Source of the DNA: an uncultured bacterium
Lineage (GTDB): Bacteria; Hydrogenedentota; Hydrogenedentia; Hydrogenedentales; JAEUWI01
DNA length: 38,925 bases
Assembly (NCBI GenBank): GCA_963977445.1
Contig: CAXBPH010000029.1
Location: forward strand, 1-38,925
Reading direction: 5' to 3'
The notes under the pieces are model-generated. The model made no database searches and had not been told where the DNA came from. It saw nothing but the letters and a program-made list of their open reading frames with translations. Shown here one piece after another: positions 19,961 to 30,173 of this stretch. A program made the position numbers and the translations under genes. The number at the start of each line of letters is the position of its first letter. Within the stretch, counting starts at the first letter, position 1.

Positions 19961-21061
19961 ATGCTTTCTCTACAACGTACCGCGCTCGTTTTACTCATCG
20001 CGCTGATAAGTTTTTCATCATCGTCTGTAGCCGGGGAATGGCCGTCAGCGCAAGACGGCCTCCGTTTTGCCTTGCAGGATGGCATGACCCCGGCGACCTT
20101 TTTCGGATCGGAAGGTACGGCCCGTCTCGGCTGGCGTCTGGTGCCCAAAGGCTACGGTCACCTTCGTCATGACGGGGTGCTGATGCTCGGCCACGGAGGC
20201 TTCGCTGCAGAGCAACGGGCGAATGAATTAGCCGGGCCCCTGGTGAGTGGGGAGAATTTCTCGCTTGCACTCGGCATTCACGTGGGCGAAACCATGTCGG
20301 ACGGGGCGCTGCTCACCGTGGCGGCGGGAGGCAAAAACCAATTCGCCGTTACCCAAGTGGGTGATGCCCTGCACGTCGAGTTCAATGGGGCATCCGGCAA
20401 GAAATCGATCGCGGCGGGAGAAATTTTGCCCTCGACGACGACCGATTTGCTTGTGACGGCAAACGGTGAATCCCTCACGGTGTACCGGGATAGCGCGCAA
20501 ATCGAAAGCGTGCAATGGACACGTCAGCAGGAGACTTCACAAGAATTTTCCTTCTACCTGGGTGAATTGTCCCCAAAGGTGGCCGGTTGGTCCGGTGGAC
20601 TTGATGGCATTGGCCTGTACACCCGTGCCCTGACCAAAGAAGAAATCGATGTAGTGCACCAGGAGATGAAGGATGTCCGGGAAGGACGTCCTGCGGTTGA
20701 GTCCGTGCGGGTACGGGCGAAGTTGGTGGGGAAGTCTACCGTGCTCACGCCAGCCGAGTTGGCCCCTTATCGCCAGGGCCTGACGGTTTTTCTCTACGAC
20801 GTCGAAGCCGTGTTGTCGGGTGACTATGACGGAAGCCAGCTCCATGTGGCCCACTGGACGGCACTTGATGACACCGCCCTTCCATTTGGAGGCCTGCCCA
20901 TGGATAGCGTTCTTGAGTTGCAACTTGAAGCCTATGATGACAATCCCCAGCTGGCGACAGAAAATCTTTCTGATGATATCGTGGAAGATTTTTCCATTCC
21001 TTATTTTTACGACGCTGGCGGTCGCGCACTCCGTGGTCTGCCGGTGACACCGCCGAAATAA
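19961..21061 (+). CDS. Exported protein with LamG/concanavalin-like domain and an unrecognised C-terminal domain
   Basis: Signal peptide; LamG-like end motif LTVYRD...WSGGLDGIGLYTRALTKEEI. Confidence 0.7.
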   Translation: MLSLQRTALVLLIALISFSSSSVAGEWPSAQDGLRFALQDGMTPATFFGSEGTARLGWRLVPKGYGHLRHDGVLMLGHGGFAAEQRANELAGPLVSGENFSLALGIHVGETMSDGALLTVAAGGKNQFAVTQVGDALHVEFNGASGKKSIAAGEILPSTTTDLLVTANGESLTVYRDSAQIESVQWTRQQETSQEFSFYLGELSPKVAGWSGGLDGIGLYTRALTKEEIDVVHQEMKDVREGRPAVESVRVRAKLVGKSTVLTPAELAPYRQGLTVFLYDVEAVLSGDYDGSQLHVAHWTALDDTALPFGGLPMDSVLELQLEAYDDNPQLATENLSDDIVEDFSIPYFYDAGGRALRGLPVTPPK

Positions 21062-21073
21062 GCGGGCGCGCCA

Positions 21074-22510
21074 ATGGTCTTCAGTTCCCACCTCTTCATC
21101 TTCTATTTTCTTCCGGTCACCCTATCGCTCTACTATCTCGCGCCCCAACGGCTCCGGCCCGTGGTGCTCACGTTGCTCAGCTACATTTTCTATGGGTGGG
21201 CCAACCCCGCTTTCGTCTTGCTCATGCTCTTCTCCACCCTGGTGGATTATTCCATGGGCCTCCGTATTTTCCGGGGACATAAGCTGGCGCAATCGGACTT
21301 GGCCGGGGGGCGGACGATGCAACGGCGGGCCCTCGCCCTCTCCATCGTGACGAATCTTGCCCTCCTTGGTTATTTTAAATATGCCAATTTTGGCATCGAC
21401 AGCTACAACAGTCTGATTGATACCCTGGGGTGGTCTGGGGCCCGATGGGATATGGCCCTGCGCATTACGCTGCCCCTGGGCATCAGCTTCTACACCTTTC
21501 AGTCCATGAGTTACACCATAGACGTGTATCGGGGCGAGGCGAAGCCGGTGCGGAATTTTGTGGACTTTGCCTGCTATGTTTCCATGTTTCCCCAACTGGT
21601 CGCCGGGCCCATCGTCCGCTTTCGAGAGGTGGCTACCCAGTTGGCAGGGCGCACGCACACCATGGAAAAATTTGCCCGAGGGGCGACTTTCTTCTCTTTG
21701 GGTCTGGGGAAGAAAATACTCCTCGCCAACCCCTGTGGCCACGTGGCGGATCTGTGTTTCGATGGCGGGGCGTTGCATGCCCTCGATGCCTGGTATGGCT
21801 TGCTGGGCTATGCCTTTCAGATCTATTTCGATTTCAGCGCCTATTCCGATATGGCCATCGGCCTGGGGCTGATGTTTGGCTTTGTCTTTCCCAAGAACTT
21901 CGATTCCCCCTACCAGTCGGCGTCCATCACGGAATTCTGGCGTCGCTGGCACCTATCCCTGTCGTTTTTCCTTCGCGACTATCTCTACATCGTGCTCGGT
22001 GGCAACCGGCTGGGTACGGCACGGACCTATGGGAATCTCATCCTAGTCATGCTCATCGGTGGCTTGTGGCACGGTGCCTCCTGGAATTTTGTCCTCTGGG
22101 GCGGCATCCACGGCGGCATGCTGGCCTTCGAGCGTCTTCAGGGGAAGAACAGCGTCTACCGCAGGTTACCCCGGGCAGGGCGGGTAGGTCTCACCTTCGC
22201 CATCGTCTGCCTGGCCTGGGTATTTTTTCGGGCGGATGATCTCGGCGGCGCGGGTGCCTATCTGGGGGCCCTGGCGGGTCTCCAAAACGGCATTGGATCG
22301 GCGGGCCTGCTGGCCGGCGCACTCTACCAGCCGTACTATGTGGGCACTATGGTACTGGCCGCCTTCGTTACCTGGACGGCACCCCAAACCTGGGATTTCA
22401 CCCGGGTGCTCACGGTGCCTCGGGTTGCCTGGTGCGGCATTGTCCTGCTGACGTCGCTCGCGATTCTGATGACACAGAGCTACAACCCCTTTATCTACTT
22501 CATATTCTGA
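21074..22510 (+). CDS. MBOAT O-acyltransferase, AlgI/PatA family
   Basis: MVFSS, LPLGISFYTFQSMSY, FPQLVAGPIVR, QIYFDFSAYSDMAIG, FWRRWH, GLWHGA (catalytic His), C-terminal FIYFIF. Confidence 0.95.
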   Translation: MVFSSHLFIFYFLPVTLSLYYLAPQRLRPVVLTLLSYIFYGWANPAFVLLMLFSTLVDYSMGLRIFRGHKLAQSDLAGGRTMQRRALALSIVTNLALLGYFKYANFGIDSYNSLIDTLGWSGARWDMALRITLPLGISFYTFQSMSYTIDVYRGEAKPVRNFVDFACYVSMFPQLVAGPIVRFREVATQLAGRTHTMEKFARGATFFSLGLGKKILLANPCGHVADLCFDGGALHALDAWYGLLGYAFQIYFDFSAYSDMAIGLGLMFGFVFPKNFDSPYQSASITEFWRRWHLSLSFFLRDYLYIVLGGNRLGTARTYGNLILVMLIGGLWHGASWNFVLWGGIHGGMLAFERLQGKNSVYRRLPRAGRVGLTFAIVCLAWVFFRADDLGGAGAYLGALAGLQNGIGSAGLLAGALYQPYYVGTMVLAAFVTWTAPQTWDFTRVLTVPRVAWCGIVLLTSLAILMTQSYNPFIYFIF

Positions 22511-22519
22511 CGAGGCGCA

Positions 22520-25201
22520 ATGGAGCACGAAAAAAACACGCGAGAAACCCAGGCCATGACCGAGGTAGGCCACACTACCGTAAGTCCTGCGTTGGCTCGG
22601 ATTGTGGTGCTCGGATTCCTGCTCGTTATTTCGGTGCCCCTGCTCATTGAGTTGTTTTACCACGGCCGGGCGGAGAGCACCTTCCATCCCCTTTCCGCCG
22701 TCCTTGATCTGCCGCCGAGTGCCCGGGAGATTGCCACCACGGTCGAGAAGGATGGCCTGGTCGGTGGTGCGATCGAACTCAACAGCGCCATGGGGGAGCG
22801 TATGGCCGCCTTCGAGACCCGGCTGCAGAATACGTCACCCCTTCGGGACTACCTGCTGACCCCGTTGAACCGCATATTGAGCGGTACGTTGGGTGCCAGT
22901 AACGGGGACGTCTTTCCCGGGCGTGACGACTGGTTGTTCTATGGTCCGGCACTACGGCACGTGGTGGGGCCATCCATAGGTATCAGCAGAGACGTGGATG
23001 GAACGACACGGGCAGACGACCCGGTGGTCGCCCTTCTGAATTTTCGTGGGGCCCTGGCAATGCTGGACATTGAACTCGTCGTCCTGCCCGTTCCGAGTAA
23101 AGTTTCCATTTATCCCGAGCAGTTTTCCGCCTCCACAGTCGTGGGGGAGGCCATGCACAATGCCGGCTGGTCCCCGTTTCTTGAGCGGCTCCAGGAAGAG
23201 GGCGTGCTCGTCTGCGACCTTACCGATGCCCTCATGGAGGCCAAGCACGACGGAAGCGCCTATCTTCGCCATGACAGCCACTGGTCCCCTTTCGGGATGT
23301 CACGGGCTGCGAAGGCCCTTGCGGACTTCCTGAGGGACCGTGGCCTGATTGACGGGAGCCTGACTGACAGGGACTATGGGTTGGGCTCAATCGAAGAAGT
23401 GACCTATCGGGGAGACTTGGGTGCCATGCGGTATCCCGACGGGACCGGGTCGCTCGACATTGGGGAGACGGTTTCAATACACCCCGTTCTGGGCAGAGAC
23501 GGTACCCCTTGGGCTCCCGACACGTCCGCTTCGGTGTTACTGCTGGGTGACAGCTTCACAAATATATTCAGCAAGGCGGACTTGGGGTGGGGCATTGGCG
23601 GTGGTCTGGCAGAATACCTGAGTCTTTACCTCCAAACTCCCGTGGACCGGATATCGCAAAACGACAACGGAGCCTATGCGACGCGGATGGCGCTGCACGA
23701 GGACCTTAACGCCGGTATAAACCGTCTGGAAAACAAGCGGGTAGTCGTCTATGAATTTGCTGCCCGGGAGCTTTCCTGGGGTGATTGGAAACCCGATATT
23801 TCGCTAGAATTTAAGAAGGGGACAGATGATTCCACGGGCGACGACACCATGTTGTCCGTGTCCGCACGTATCGTGGGCCGCTCTCTGCCGCCCACGCCGG
23901 GTTCTGTGCCTTACAAAGACTGCACGATTACCTTGCTGGTGGCACCGATGAATGGGGGCGCAGATCTACCTGAGCAATTCCTCGTTCGGGGCTGGGGCAT
24001 GCGCGATCACCAGTGGACGACGCTGACGAACTGGCAGGTGGGCGACGTGGTCGATCTCACGCTGCTACCGTGGTCTGCCGTTTCCGATCGTGTCGGCAGT
24101 ATCAATCAAATTCCCCTGGACGAAGAGAATGATGTCGCGGAAGTATTCTGGTTGGCCGATGAACCGACTGTTGAACCCGTGCTGCCCCAGGCCCTTCCCG
24201 ACCTGGTAGGGGCTCCAGCAGGAGCGTCGGTAGGGAACACGGGGCTAAGCGATTACGTCGCGGAACTCGAGGGCAATGAGACTTCGGTCGTGCGTGGGGA
24301 GGGGGCCTGGATGTTCCTCACACCCGAATTGCGCAGTCTGTCCGTGGGCACCTTTTCCGGGGAGGCAGCGCCCCGTGTCAGCCGCTCCCGAAATCCGGCC
24401 TATGCCGATCCCTTTCCGGCGATTGTAGATTTTCACCAGCAACTTGCCGCCGCCGGCATCCAATTGATTCTTATGCCCGTGCCCCCCAAAGTTGGCATAT
24501 ACCCCGACAAAGTGGGCAATGAAGGGTTGGCAAAGGACATCCGTGGGGCCATGGGACCCGATGGTGCGTGGAATACCTTTTTGCAGCGTCTGACCGAAGC
24601 AGGGGTCCACGTCATTGATCTGTACCGTGCGTTCGACGGAGTGCCCGATGAAGAGAAGACGCTGCTCTATTGTCAGACCGATACCCATTGGGCACCCCGG
24701 GGTATTGCAATCGCCGCAGCCCTGGCGGCAGCGCCTATTCTGGAGGCTCCCTGGTATGGGGAGTATCCAAAGACAAATTACACCGAACAAATCGCGGAGA
24801 TTTCGATTGAAGGCGACATGACCGTCATGTCTGGCGGCAGTGGAGGCCCAGAGATCGTGCCCATAACCCAAGTGGGGCAGGAGGTAGCGGGATTCTTCGA
24901 AGTTATCACGCCGTCCAGGGAGAGTCCCGTGTTGTTAATTGGTGACAGTCACAATCTCGTTTTTCACGCCGGGGGGGATATGCATGTCACCGGTGGCGGC
25001 TTGCCCGACCTGCTTGCCCGGGCATTGGGATTTCCCGTTGACCTGGTTGCCGTCCGGGGTTCGGGGGCGACAACCCCACGAATAACGCTGGCCCGGCGTC
25101 AGGACAATATGGTCGGTAAGAAAATGGTAATATGGTGCTTCGCGGCCCGCGAGTTCACGGAGAGCACGACGGGTTGGCGACGCGTACCCGTCGTCAAGTA
25201 A
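22520..25201 (+). CDS. Membrane-anchored protein with two AlgX/AlgJ-like SGNH O-acetyltransferase domains
   Basis: Duplicated motif sets: GRDDWLF/PVPSK/DSHW/GDSF/EFAARE and GEGAWMF/PVPPK/DTHW/GDSH/CFAARE. Confidence 0.88.
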   Translation: MEHEKNTRETQAMTEVGHTTVSPALARIVVLGFLLVISVPLLIELFYHGRAESTFHPLSAVLDLPPSAREIATTVEKDGLVGGAIELNSAMGERMAAFETRLQNTSPLRDYLLTPLNRILSGTLGASNGDVFPGRDDWLFYGPALRHVVGPSIGISRDVDGTTRADDPVVALLNFRGALAMLDIELVVLPVPSKVSIYPEQFSASTVVGEAMHNAGWSPFLERLQEEGVLVCDLTDALMEAKHDGSAYLRHDSHWSPFGMSRAAKALADFLRDRGLIDGSLTDRDYGLGSIEEVTYRGDLGAMRYPDGTGSLDIGETVSIHPVLGRDGTPWAPDTSASVLLLGDSFTNIFSKADLGWGIGGGLAEYLSLYLQTPVDRISQNDNGAYATRMALHEDLNAGINRLENKRVVVYEFAARELSWGDWKPDISLEFKKGTDDSTGDDTMLSVSARIVGRSLPPTPGSVPYKDCTITLLVAPMNGGADLPEQFLVRGWGMRDHQWTTLTNWQVGDVVDLTLLPWSAVSDRVGSINQIPLDEENDVAEVFWLADEPTVEPVLPQALPDLVGAPAGASVGNTGLSDYVAELEGNETSVVRGEGAWMFLTPELRSLSVGTFSGEAAPRVSRSRNPAYADPFPAIVDFHQQLAAAGIQLILMPVPPKVGIYPDKVGNEGLAKDIRGAMGPDGAWNTFLQRLTEAGVHVIDLYRAFDGVPDEEKTLLYCQTDTHWAPRGIAIAAALAAAPILEAPWYGEYPKTNYTEQIAEISIEGDMTVMSGGSGGPEIVPITQVGQEVAGFFEVITPSRESPVLLIGDSHNLVFHAGGDMHVTGGGLPDLLARALGFPVDLVAVRGSGATTPRITLARRQDNMVGKKMVIWCFAAREFTESTTGWRRVPVVK

Positions 25202-25273
25202 ACCTATTGGCCCATGACGACGTTACTATCTCCGACACCATCTTTCGAACACATACACTGGAAAGCCCGCTTC

Positions 25274-26002
25274 ATGAATCAACGCTCCCGATATACGTTA
25301 TGTACACTCCTTGCGTTCCTGTCCCTGACGGGTTTTTCGCCCACCATAGCCTCGCAGGAAAGGGACGTTGCCGGTGTAATCCGCGACGCGTTGGCGGCGG
25401 AATCAGAGACAGCCCATGTGGTGAGCGATGGGGTGGGCACAGTTTATGTACCGCCGTCTCACGTACGCTTCTGGCTGCACTACGAATTGCCCGTGGGCGA
25501 CCTGGAAACGGGACTGGTGGCCTCCACGGCATTGGAAGTGCCCTTGCGCGCTTATCTCGGCGCGCGGGAGCTCCGTCCGTCCTCCCTGGAAATCGATCCG
25601 CCCCATGTGGCGTCGCTGGAAGAAAGTCGGAGTACCATCGCCATCGCGCTGAGCTTTTCCATGGCGGGATTGGTCGGGGGGGAAGTGGGTGCCGCAAAGT
25701 TTGGTAATCTCTGCGAAAGCATCAAACTCCTGGGCCAGGATCTGGGGTATACGGTTTCCGGCCCCCATCTGGAAATCGCGGAGTCGGCGGCCGTGATTAA
25801 GGATGCGGTCCAAGTGGCGACGGAACAAGCTTACATCGGCGCGTCGGGTGTTGCCGCTGCCTTGAATGGCGCCGTTCGTGAGGTAGAGCGGGTGACTATA
25901 CAGGGGATTGAGTGGAACAATCCGCCGGACACGGAAGCAAGCTATCCCACCATCGAACTAATAGCGTGTACTGCCCGGGTTCAGGTAACGTACAAGCTGT
26001 AG
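25274..26002 (+). CDS. Exported protein, SIMPL (DUF541)-like
   Basis: Signal peptide; VVSDGVGTVYVPP, AVQVATEQA...VAAALN, C-terminal ARVQVTYKL. Confidence 0.6.
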   Translation: MNQRSRYTLCTLLAFLSLTGFSPTIASQERDVAGVIRDALAAESETAHVVSDGVGTVYVPPSHVRFWLHYELPVGDLETGLVASTALEVPLRAYLGARELRPSSLEIDPPHVASLEESRSTIAIALSFSMAGLVGGEVGAAKFGNLCESIKLLGQDLGYTVSGPHLEIAESAAVIKDAVQVATEQAYIGASGVAAALNGAVREVERVTIQGIEWNNPPDTEASYPTIELIACTARVQVTYKL

Positions 26003-26007
26003 CCTGA

Positions 26008-26754
26008 TCAGGTGTATTGGAGCAGGCTGTCATTCCGCTTGATGAACAGTTGAAACCCTTCTTCAGGGGTGTAGCGCAGGCTTCCGCCGTGAAACTCGGC
26101 AATCTGGCGCGCGCTGTACAGACCGAAACCCAGGTGAGACTCGCCATCCCTCCAACCCGTGTGCAACGGTTTAAACGCGGATGTAACCTGTTCCGGTGTG
26201 AGGCCGGGGCCTGAATCCCATATGGCGAAGCAAACGCCACCATCAAGGTTACTGAGAGTGACCTTGATTCGCTTGTCCTCGGCTTCGCTCAAGGCCTCCT
26301 GTGCATTGGTAAGGAGGAAAATCAGGGCCAATTTCATCTTGGGCATATCGGTGGGGATGGTTGGCAGGCTATCCTCGTAGTGCCGCTCCAACTTAATGCG
26401 CTTCGTCTTGAGCTCATAGTCCCGCAGGGTAAGCACTTCATCCATCAACTGGAACGGCGCGGTCAGATTGATTTCGATACGTTCTTTGCGCGCGATGGAC
26501 GTGAGCGAAGTGATGAGCTGGCTGCACTTGGTGATGCCGTCGACGATCTGGTTCAGCATTTTCTTGGAATCGTCACTGACCCCTTCGTCGTAGGAAACGA
26601 GTTCGGCATAGGCCATGGCTGCCCCGAGCATGTTGTTGATATCGTGGGTGACGCCACTGACACATGCGCCGACTTGTGCGTTTCGATGGAGCTGTAGCAG
26701 CCGGTTCTGTCCATCTTCCGAGTTAATGTCAAAGGGTTCCAAGAGTCCTGCCAC
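26008..26754 (-). CDS. Soluble histidine kinase core without a sensor domain
   Basis: H-box GVTHDINNML, N-box LLTNAQEA, G1 DSGPG, G2 HLGFGL; GTG start inferred. Confidence 0.85.
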   Translation of the reverse strand: MAGLLEPFDINSEDGQNRLLQLHRNAQVGACVSGVTHDINNMLGAAMAYAELVSYDEGVSDDSKKMLNQIVDGITKCSQLITSLTSIARKERIEINLTAPFQLMDEVLTLRDYELKTKRIKLERHYEDSLPTIPTDMPKMKLALIFLLTNAQEALSEAEDKRIKVTLSNLDGGVCFAIWDSGPGLTPEQVTSAFKPLHTGWRDGESHLGFGLYSARQIAEFHGGSLRYTPEEGFQLFIKRNDSLLQYT

Positions 26755-26849
26755 CTTTCCTGTAGTCAACAATCTCGCACTGAAGCTGATAGTGACACAA
26801 AAAAACCATTCTAACAAGTCGGCATGGTCACGGTGTCCACGTAGCCGAA

Positions 26850-26879
26850 TCCCGAATCCGGTTCAGACCGGATCCGGAA
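26850..26879 (-). terminator. Hairpin downstream of icd, possible terminator
   Basis: On the minus strand TTCCGGATCCGGT-CTGA-ACCGGATTCGGGA (stem includes G-U pairs); weak U-tract. Confidence 0.4.
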
Positions 26880-26939
26880 TTAGTAAATGCGTACAAATAA
26901 ATAAACCGACCAGAACGGCGTCGGCTCGTGGAATATTTC

Positions 26940-28190
26940 TTAGGCTGGCTTGCCTGCCTTCATGTTATCCACCACCGCCTGGGCGAATTCACTGCACTTC
27001 AGCAGGGTCGCATTTTCCATGAGGCGGGCAAAATCATAGGTTACTGTCTTGTCGCGGAATGTGCGGGTCATGGCGTCAACCAGGGTGTCTGCCACTTCCT
27101 GCCAACCCATGTATTCGAACATCATGACGCCCGAAAGGACCAAGCTGCTCGGATTTACTTTATCCTGATTCGCGTATTTGGGTGCGGTTCCGTGAGTCGC
27201 CTCGAAGATAGCTACACCCGTCTCATAGTTGATATTTGCGCCCGGGGCAATGCCGATACCACCAACCTGCGCCGCGAGGGCGTCACTGATGTAGTCGCCA
27301 TTGAGGTTCATCGTGGCAACGACATCAAACTCGGTGGGACGTGTCAGGATTTGCTGGAGGAAAATATCGGCGATGCTATCCTTTACCAGAATCTTGTCGC
27401 CGGGATTGCCCTTGCAATCATCCCAGGAAACGGCCACGTCGGCAAATTCGTCGCGGACGAGTTCGTAGCCCCACTGCATGAAGGCACCTTCGGTGTACTT
27501 CATGATATTGCCCTTGTGGACCAGGGTGACGGTCTTGCTGCCATGTTTGACGGCGTGGTTCAGCGCAGCGCGGACCAGGCGGCGGGTGCCTTCGCGGCTG
27601 ACGGGCTTCAGGCCAAGGCCGGAACCGGGGCGAATGTTCCAGTCGAATTCGGCCTTACAGAATGCGGCCAGTTTCTCGGCTTCGGGCGAATTGGCTTCCA
27701 ATTCCAGACCGGAATAGACGTCTTCTGTATTTTCCCGGAAAATCGTCATGTTGACGTCCTGGGGGGAGCACACCGGGCTGGGAACGCTGTCGAAATGGCG
27801 AATAGGACGGATGCAGGCGAAGAGATCCAGAATCTGGCGCAGGCTTACGTTGAGACTGCGAAAGCCACCACCGATAGGGGTAGTCAGGGGGCCTTTGATG
27901 GCGAGCTCATATTCGCGGATGGCGTTGAGGGTTTCTTCGGGGAGATAGGAGCCGGTAAGTTTGTTGGCCTTTTCTCCGGCGTAGACTTCCATCCACGCGA
28001 CGTTGCGTTTGCCGCCGTAGCAATGCTGCACGGCTTCATCGAAGAGAAATTTTGAGGCCTTCCAGATATCGGGTCCAATGCCGTCTCCCTCGATGAAACC
28101 GATGATGGGATGATCGGGCGTTTCCAGCTTTCCGCCTTTAACGACGACCTTTTCACCTTCGGGGACTACAATGTGCTCATAGGTTGCCAT
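26940..28190 (-). CDS. icd: Isocitrate dehydrogenase, homodimeric E. coli type
   Basis: [61 protein letters not shown]. Confidence 0.97.
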   Translation of the reverse strand: MATYEHIVVPEGEKVVVKGGKLETPDHPIIGFIEGDGIGPDIWKASKFLFDEAVQHCYGGKRNVAWMEVYAGEKANKLTGSYLPEETLNAIREYELAIKGPLTTPIGGGFRSLNVSLRQILDLFACIRPIRHFDSVPSPVCSPQDVNMTIFRENTEDVYSGLELEANSPEAEKLAAFCKAEFDWNIRPGSGLGLKPVSREGTRRLVRAALNHAVKHGSKTVTLVHKGNIMKYTEGAFMQWGYELVRDEFADVAVSWDDCKGNPGDKILVKDSIADIFLQQILTRPTEFDVVATMNLNGDYISDALAAQVGGIGIAPGANINYETGVAIFEATHGTAPKYANQDKVNPSSLVLSGVMMFEYMGWQEVADTLVDAMTRTFRDKTVTYDFARLMENATLLKCSEFAQAVVDNMKAGKPA

Positions 28191-28238
28191 GATTTCTCCT
28201 AAATTTTGGTTGTAAATTCTGTACTGCGGGGTGCCTGT

Positions 28239-29831
28239 CTATGCACTGTTTCCTGGTAGTGATACCAGGCACGCGCTGGTCACATGGGGCACATTTCGCA
28301 CCGCATCCAAGACCGCATCCACCACCGGCTCATCCACATTAAGCACGGTCAACGCGCGGCCACCCCGGCCTTCGCGCCCCAGGGAGAGGTTGGCAATATT
28401 GATGCCCGCATCTCCCAGCGTCAAGCAGACGCGCCCGATTACCTGGGGCACGTCGTCGTTAATACAAATAACCATGTGCCCTTCGGGCTTGGCATCAACC
28501 CGCATGCCGTCAATACTGCAGATGCGGGGGTCGTTTCCATCAAACAAGGTGCCTTTTACCGTATGGGTTCCGGCCTTGGATTGAACCGTGACACCGATTT
28601 CGAAGGCGTAATCCGAATCGGCGGGCGAACGTTTCTCGGTGCACCCGATTCCATGCTCTTTCAGCTGGTGGGGTGCGCTGATGGTGTTCACATCTTCCAC
28701 CGTGGGGCGCAGAAAACCCGAGAGAATGGCGGCCGTGATGGGGTATACATCGGTAATGCCCATTTCGCCGCAGTATTCGATGTCGATGGTCGTGGGTCCA
28801 TCCGCGCTGTAGATGGCCTGAAAGTGGCCAAGACGCTCACCCAGACTGAGCAGCGGCTGGAGGGCCGTGCGGGTTTCGGCATCGAGGCTCGGCACGTTGA
28901 CCGCGTTCACGATGGCACCCGTCTTCAGGTAGTCCACCATTTGCTCGGCAACTTCGACCGCCACGGTAAGCTGGGCTTCATCGGTAGAGGCGGCGAGGTG
29001 GGGGGTCATAACGATATTATCAAGGCCGATAAACGGATTGTTTTCGAAAGGCTCCGACGTGTACACGTCGAGGGCCGCACCCGCAATTTGATTCGCTTTG
29101 AGCGCTTCGGCCAGGTCGGATTCATTGATAATGCCACCCCGTGCACAATTGACAATGCGGCAGGTAGGCTTCATGCGGGCAAACTGCTCCGCACGGATAA
29201 GATTGTTGGTTTTGTCGGTCTTGGGCGCATGAATGGTAATGAAATCGGCGCGCTCGACCAGTTCGTCGACGGAAACGAGCTCAACACCCAGGGCATTGGC
29301 CTTGAGGGCGGTCATTATGGGGTCGAAGGCGATGACTTTCATCTCGAAAGCCTGGGCCCGCCGGGCCACTTCGCCACCGATACGGCCCAAACCGACGATA
29401 CCGATGGTTTTGCCGAAAACTTCCGTGCCCATGAATTTCTTGCGATCCCAACGGCCTTCCTGCATGGACTGGTGGGCCATGGGAACGTTGCGGCACAGGG
29501 AAAAGAGGAGGGAGAAGGTGTGCTCGCAGGTGGAGATGGTGTTGCCACCAGGGGTATTCATGACAACAATGCCCTTACGGCTTGCGGCGTCCTTGTCAAT
29601 ATTATCCGTGCCCACGCCGGCCCGGCCGATTACCTTGAGTTTGCCGGCGTTTTCGAGGGCTTCCGCCGTAACGGTGGTGCCACTTCGGACCACCAGGCCA
29701 TCAAAATCGCCAATGATGGCTGCCAATTCTTCGGGGGACTGGGGGGGACGTACGTCTACCTCCAGTCCGGCATTACGGAAGACATTGACGCCTTCATCAC
29801 TCAGGCCATCGAGAACAAGAACGCGGAACAT
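28239..29831 (-). CDS. serA: D-3-phosphoglycerate dehydrogenase (long type with ASB and ACT domains)
   Basis: GRAGVGTDNID, GLGRIG, NCARGG, TPHLAAST; C-terminal ACT domain NDDVPQVIG...INIANL. Confidence 0.96.
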   Translation of the reverse strand: MFRVLVLDGLSDEGVNVFRNAGLEVDVRPPQSPEELAAIIGDFDGLVVRSGTTVTAEALENAGKLKVIGRAGVGTDNIDKDAASRKGIVVMNTPGGNTISTCEHTFSLLFSLCRNVPMAHQSMQEGRWDRKKFMGTEVFGKTIGIVGLGRIGGEVARRAQAFEMKVIAFDPIMTALKANALGVELVSVDELVERADFITIHAPKTDKTNNLIRAEQFARMKPTCRIVNCARGGIINESDLAEALKANQIAGAALDVYTSEPFENNPFIGLDNIVMTPHLAASTDEAQLTVAVEVAEQMVDYLKTGAIVNAVNVPSLDAETRTALQPLLSLGERLGHFQAIYSADGPTTIDIEYCGEMGITDVYPITAAILSGFLRPTVEDVNTISAPHQLKEHGIGCTEKRSPADSDYAFEIGVTVQSKAGTHTVKGTLFDGNDPRICSIDGMRVDAKPEGHMVICINDDVPQVIGRVCLTLGDAGINIANLSLGREGRGGRALTVLNVDEPVVDAVLDAVRNVPHVTSACLVSLPGNSA

Positions 29832-30143
29832 CCAGACGTTTCTCCAATCCAGTAAAAAACAAATGTCGCAGCAAGCACTCCAATAACAAGGGTCATTTTC
29901 AGATCCTTGTCCTGTAATGCGTGTTAAATTCGTACAAGACCGACTTGCGTTGCGCAGGAAGGGGGACGCAGCACGCTACGTGAGTAATGCCGGTCGCACA
30001 TGGAACGCTTCGCCTCACTGATCAGGTCTCACCCCGAATTCAATTCGCGCGCAGCGTTGCAGCGCCGAGGCTTCATGTAGTGCCTCAATTTGACACCACA
30101 ACCGCACATCCCAATCCAGAGAAGCGGTTCCATGAGAGGGCCA

Positions 30144-30173
30144 AGGATAGCAAAGGACTGAATAAATTGTCAA
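30144..30173 (-). promoter_or_regulatory. Candidate sigma70 promoter for serA-icd
   Basis: On the minus strand TTGACA (30173-30168), 18 bp, then TATCCT (30149-30144) with TGn extension. Confidence 0.55.

Noticed and set aside
21074..25201. Alginate biosynthesis operon
   Set aside because: Only acetylation-type genes are present; no synthase, epimerase, lyase or porin, so alg gene symbols were not assigned
28284..29855. Long antisense ORFs (523 aa here; also 10997..12451, 16709..18103, 26928..28055, 37356..38792, 2582..3634)
   Set aside because: They mirror well-supported genes on the opposite strand, have no motifs, and are expected from codon bias in GC-rich DNA
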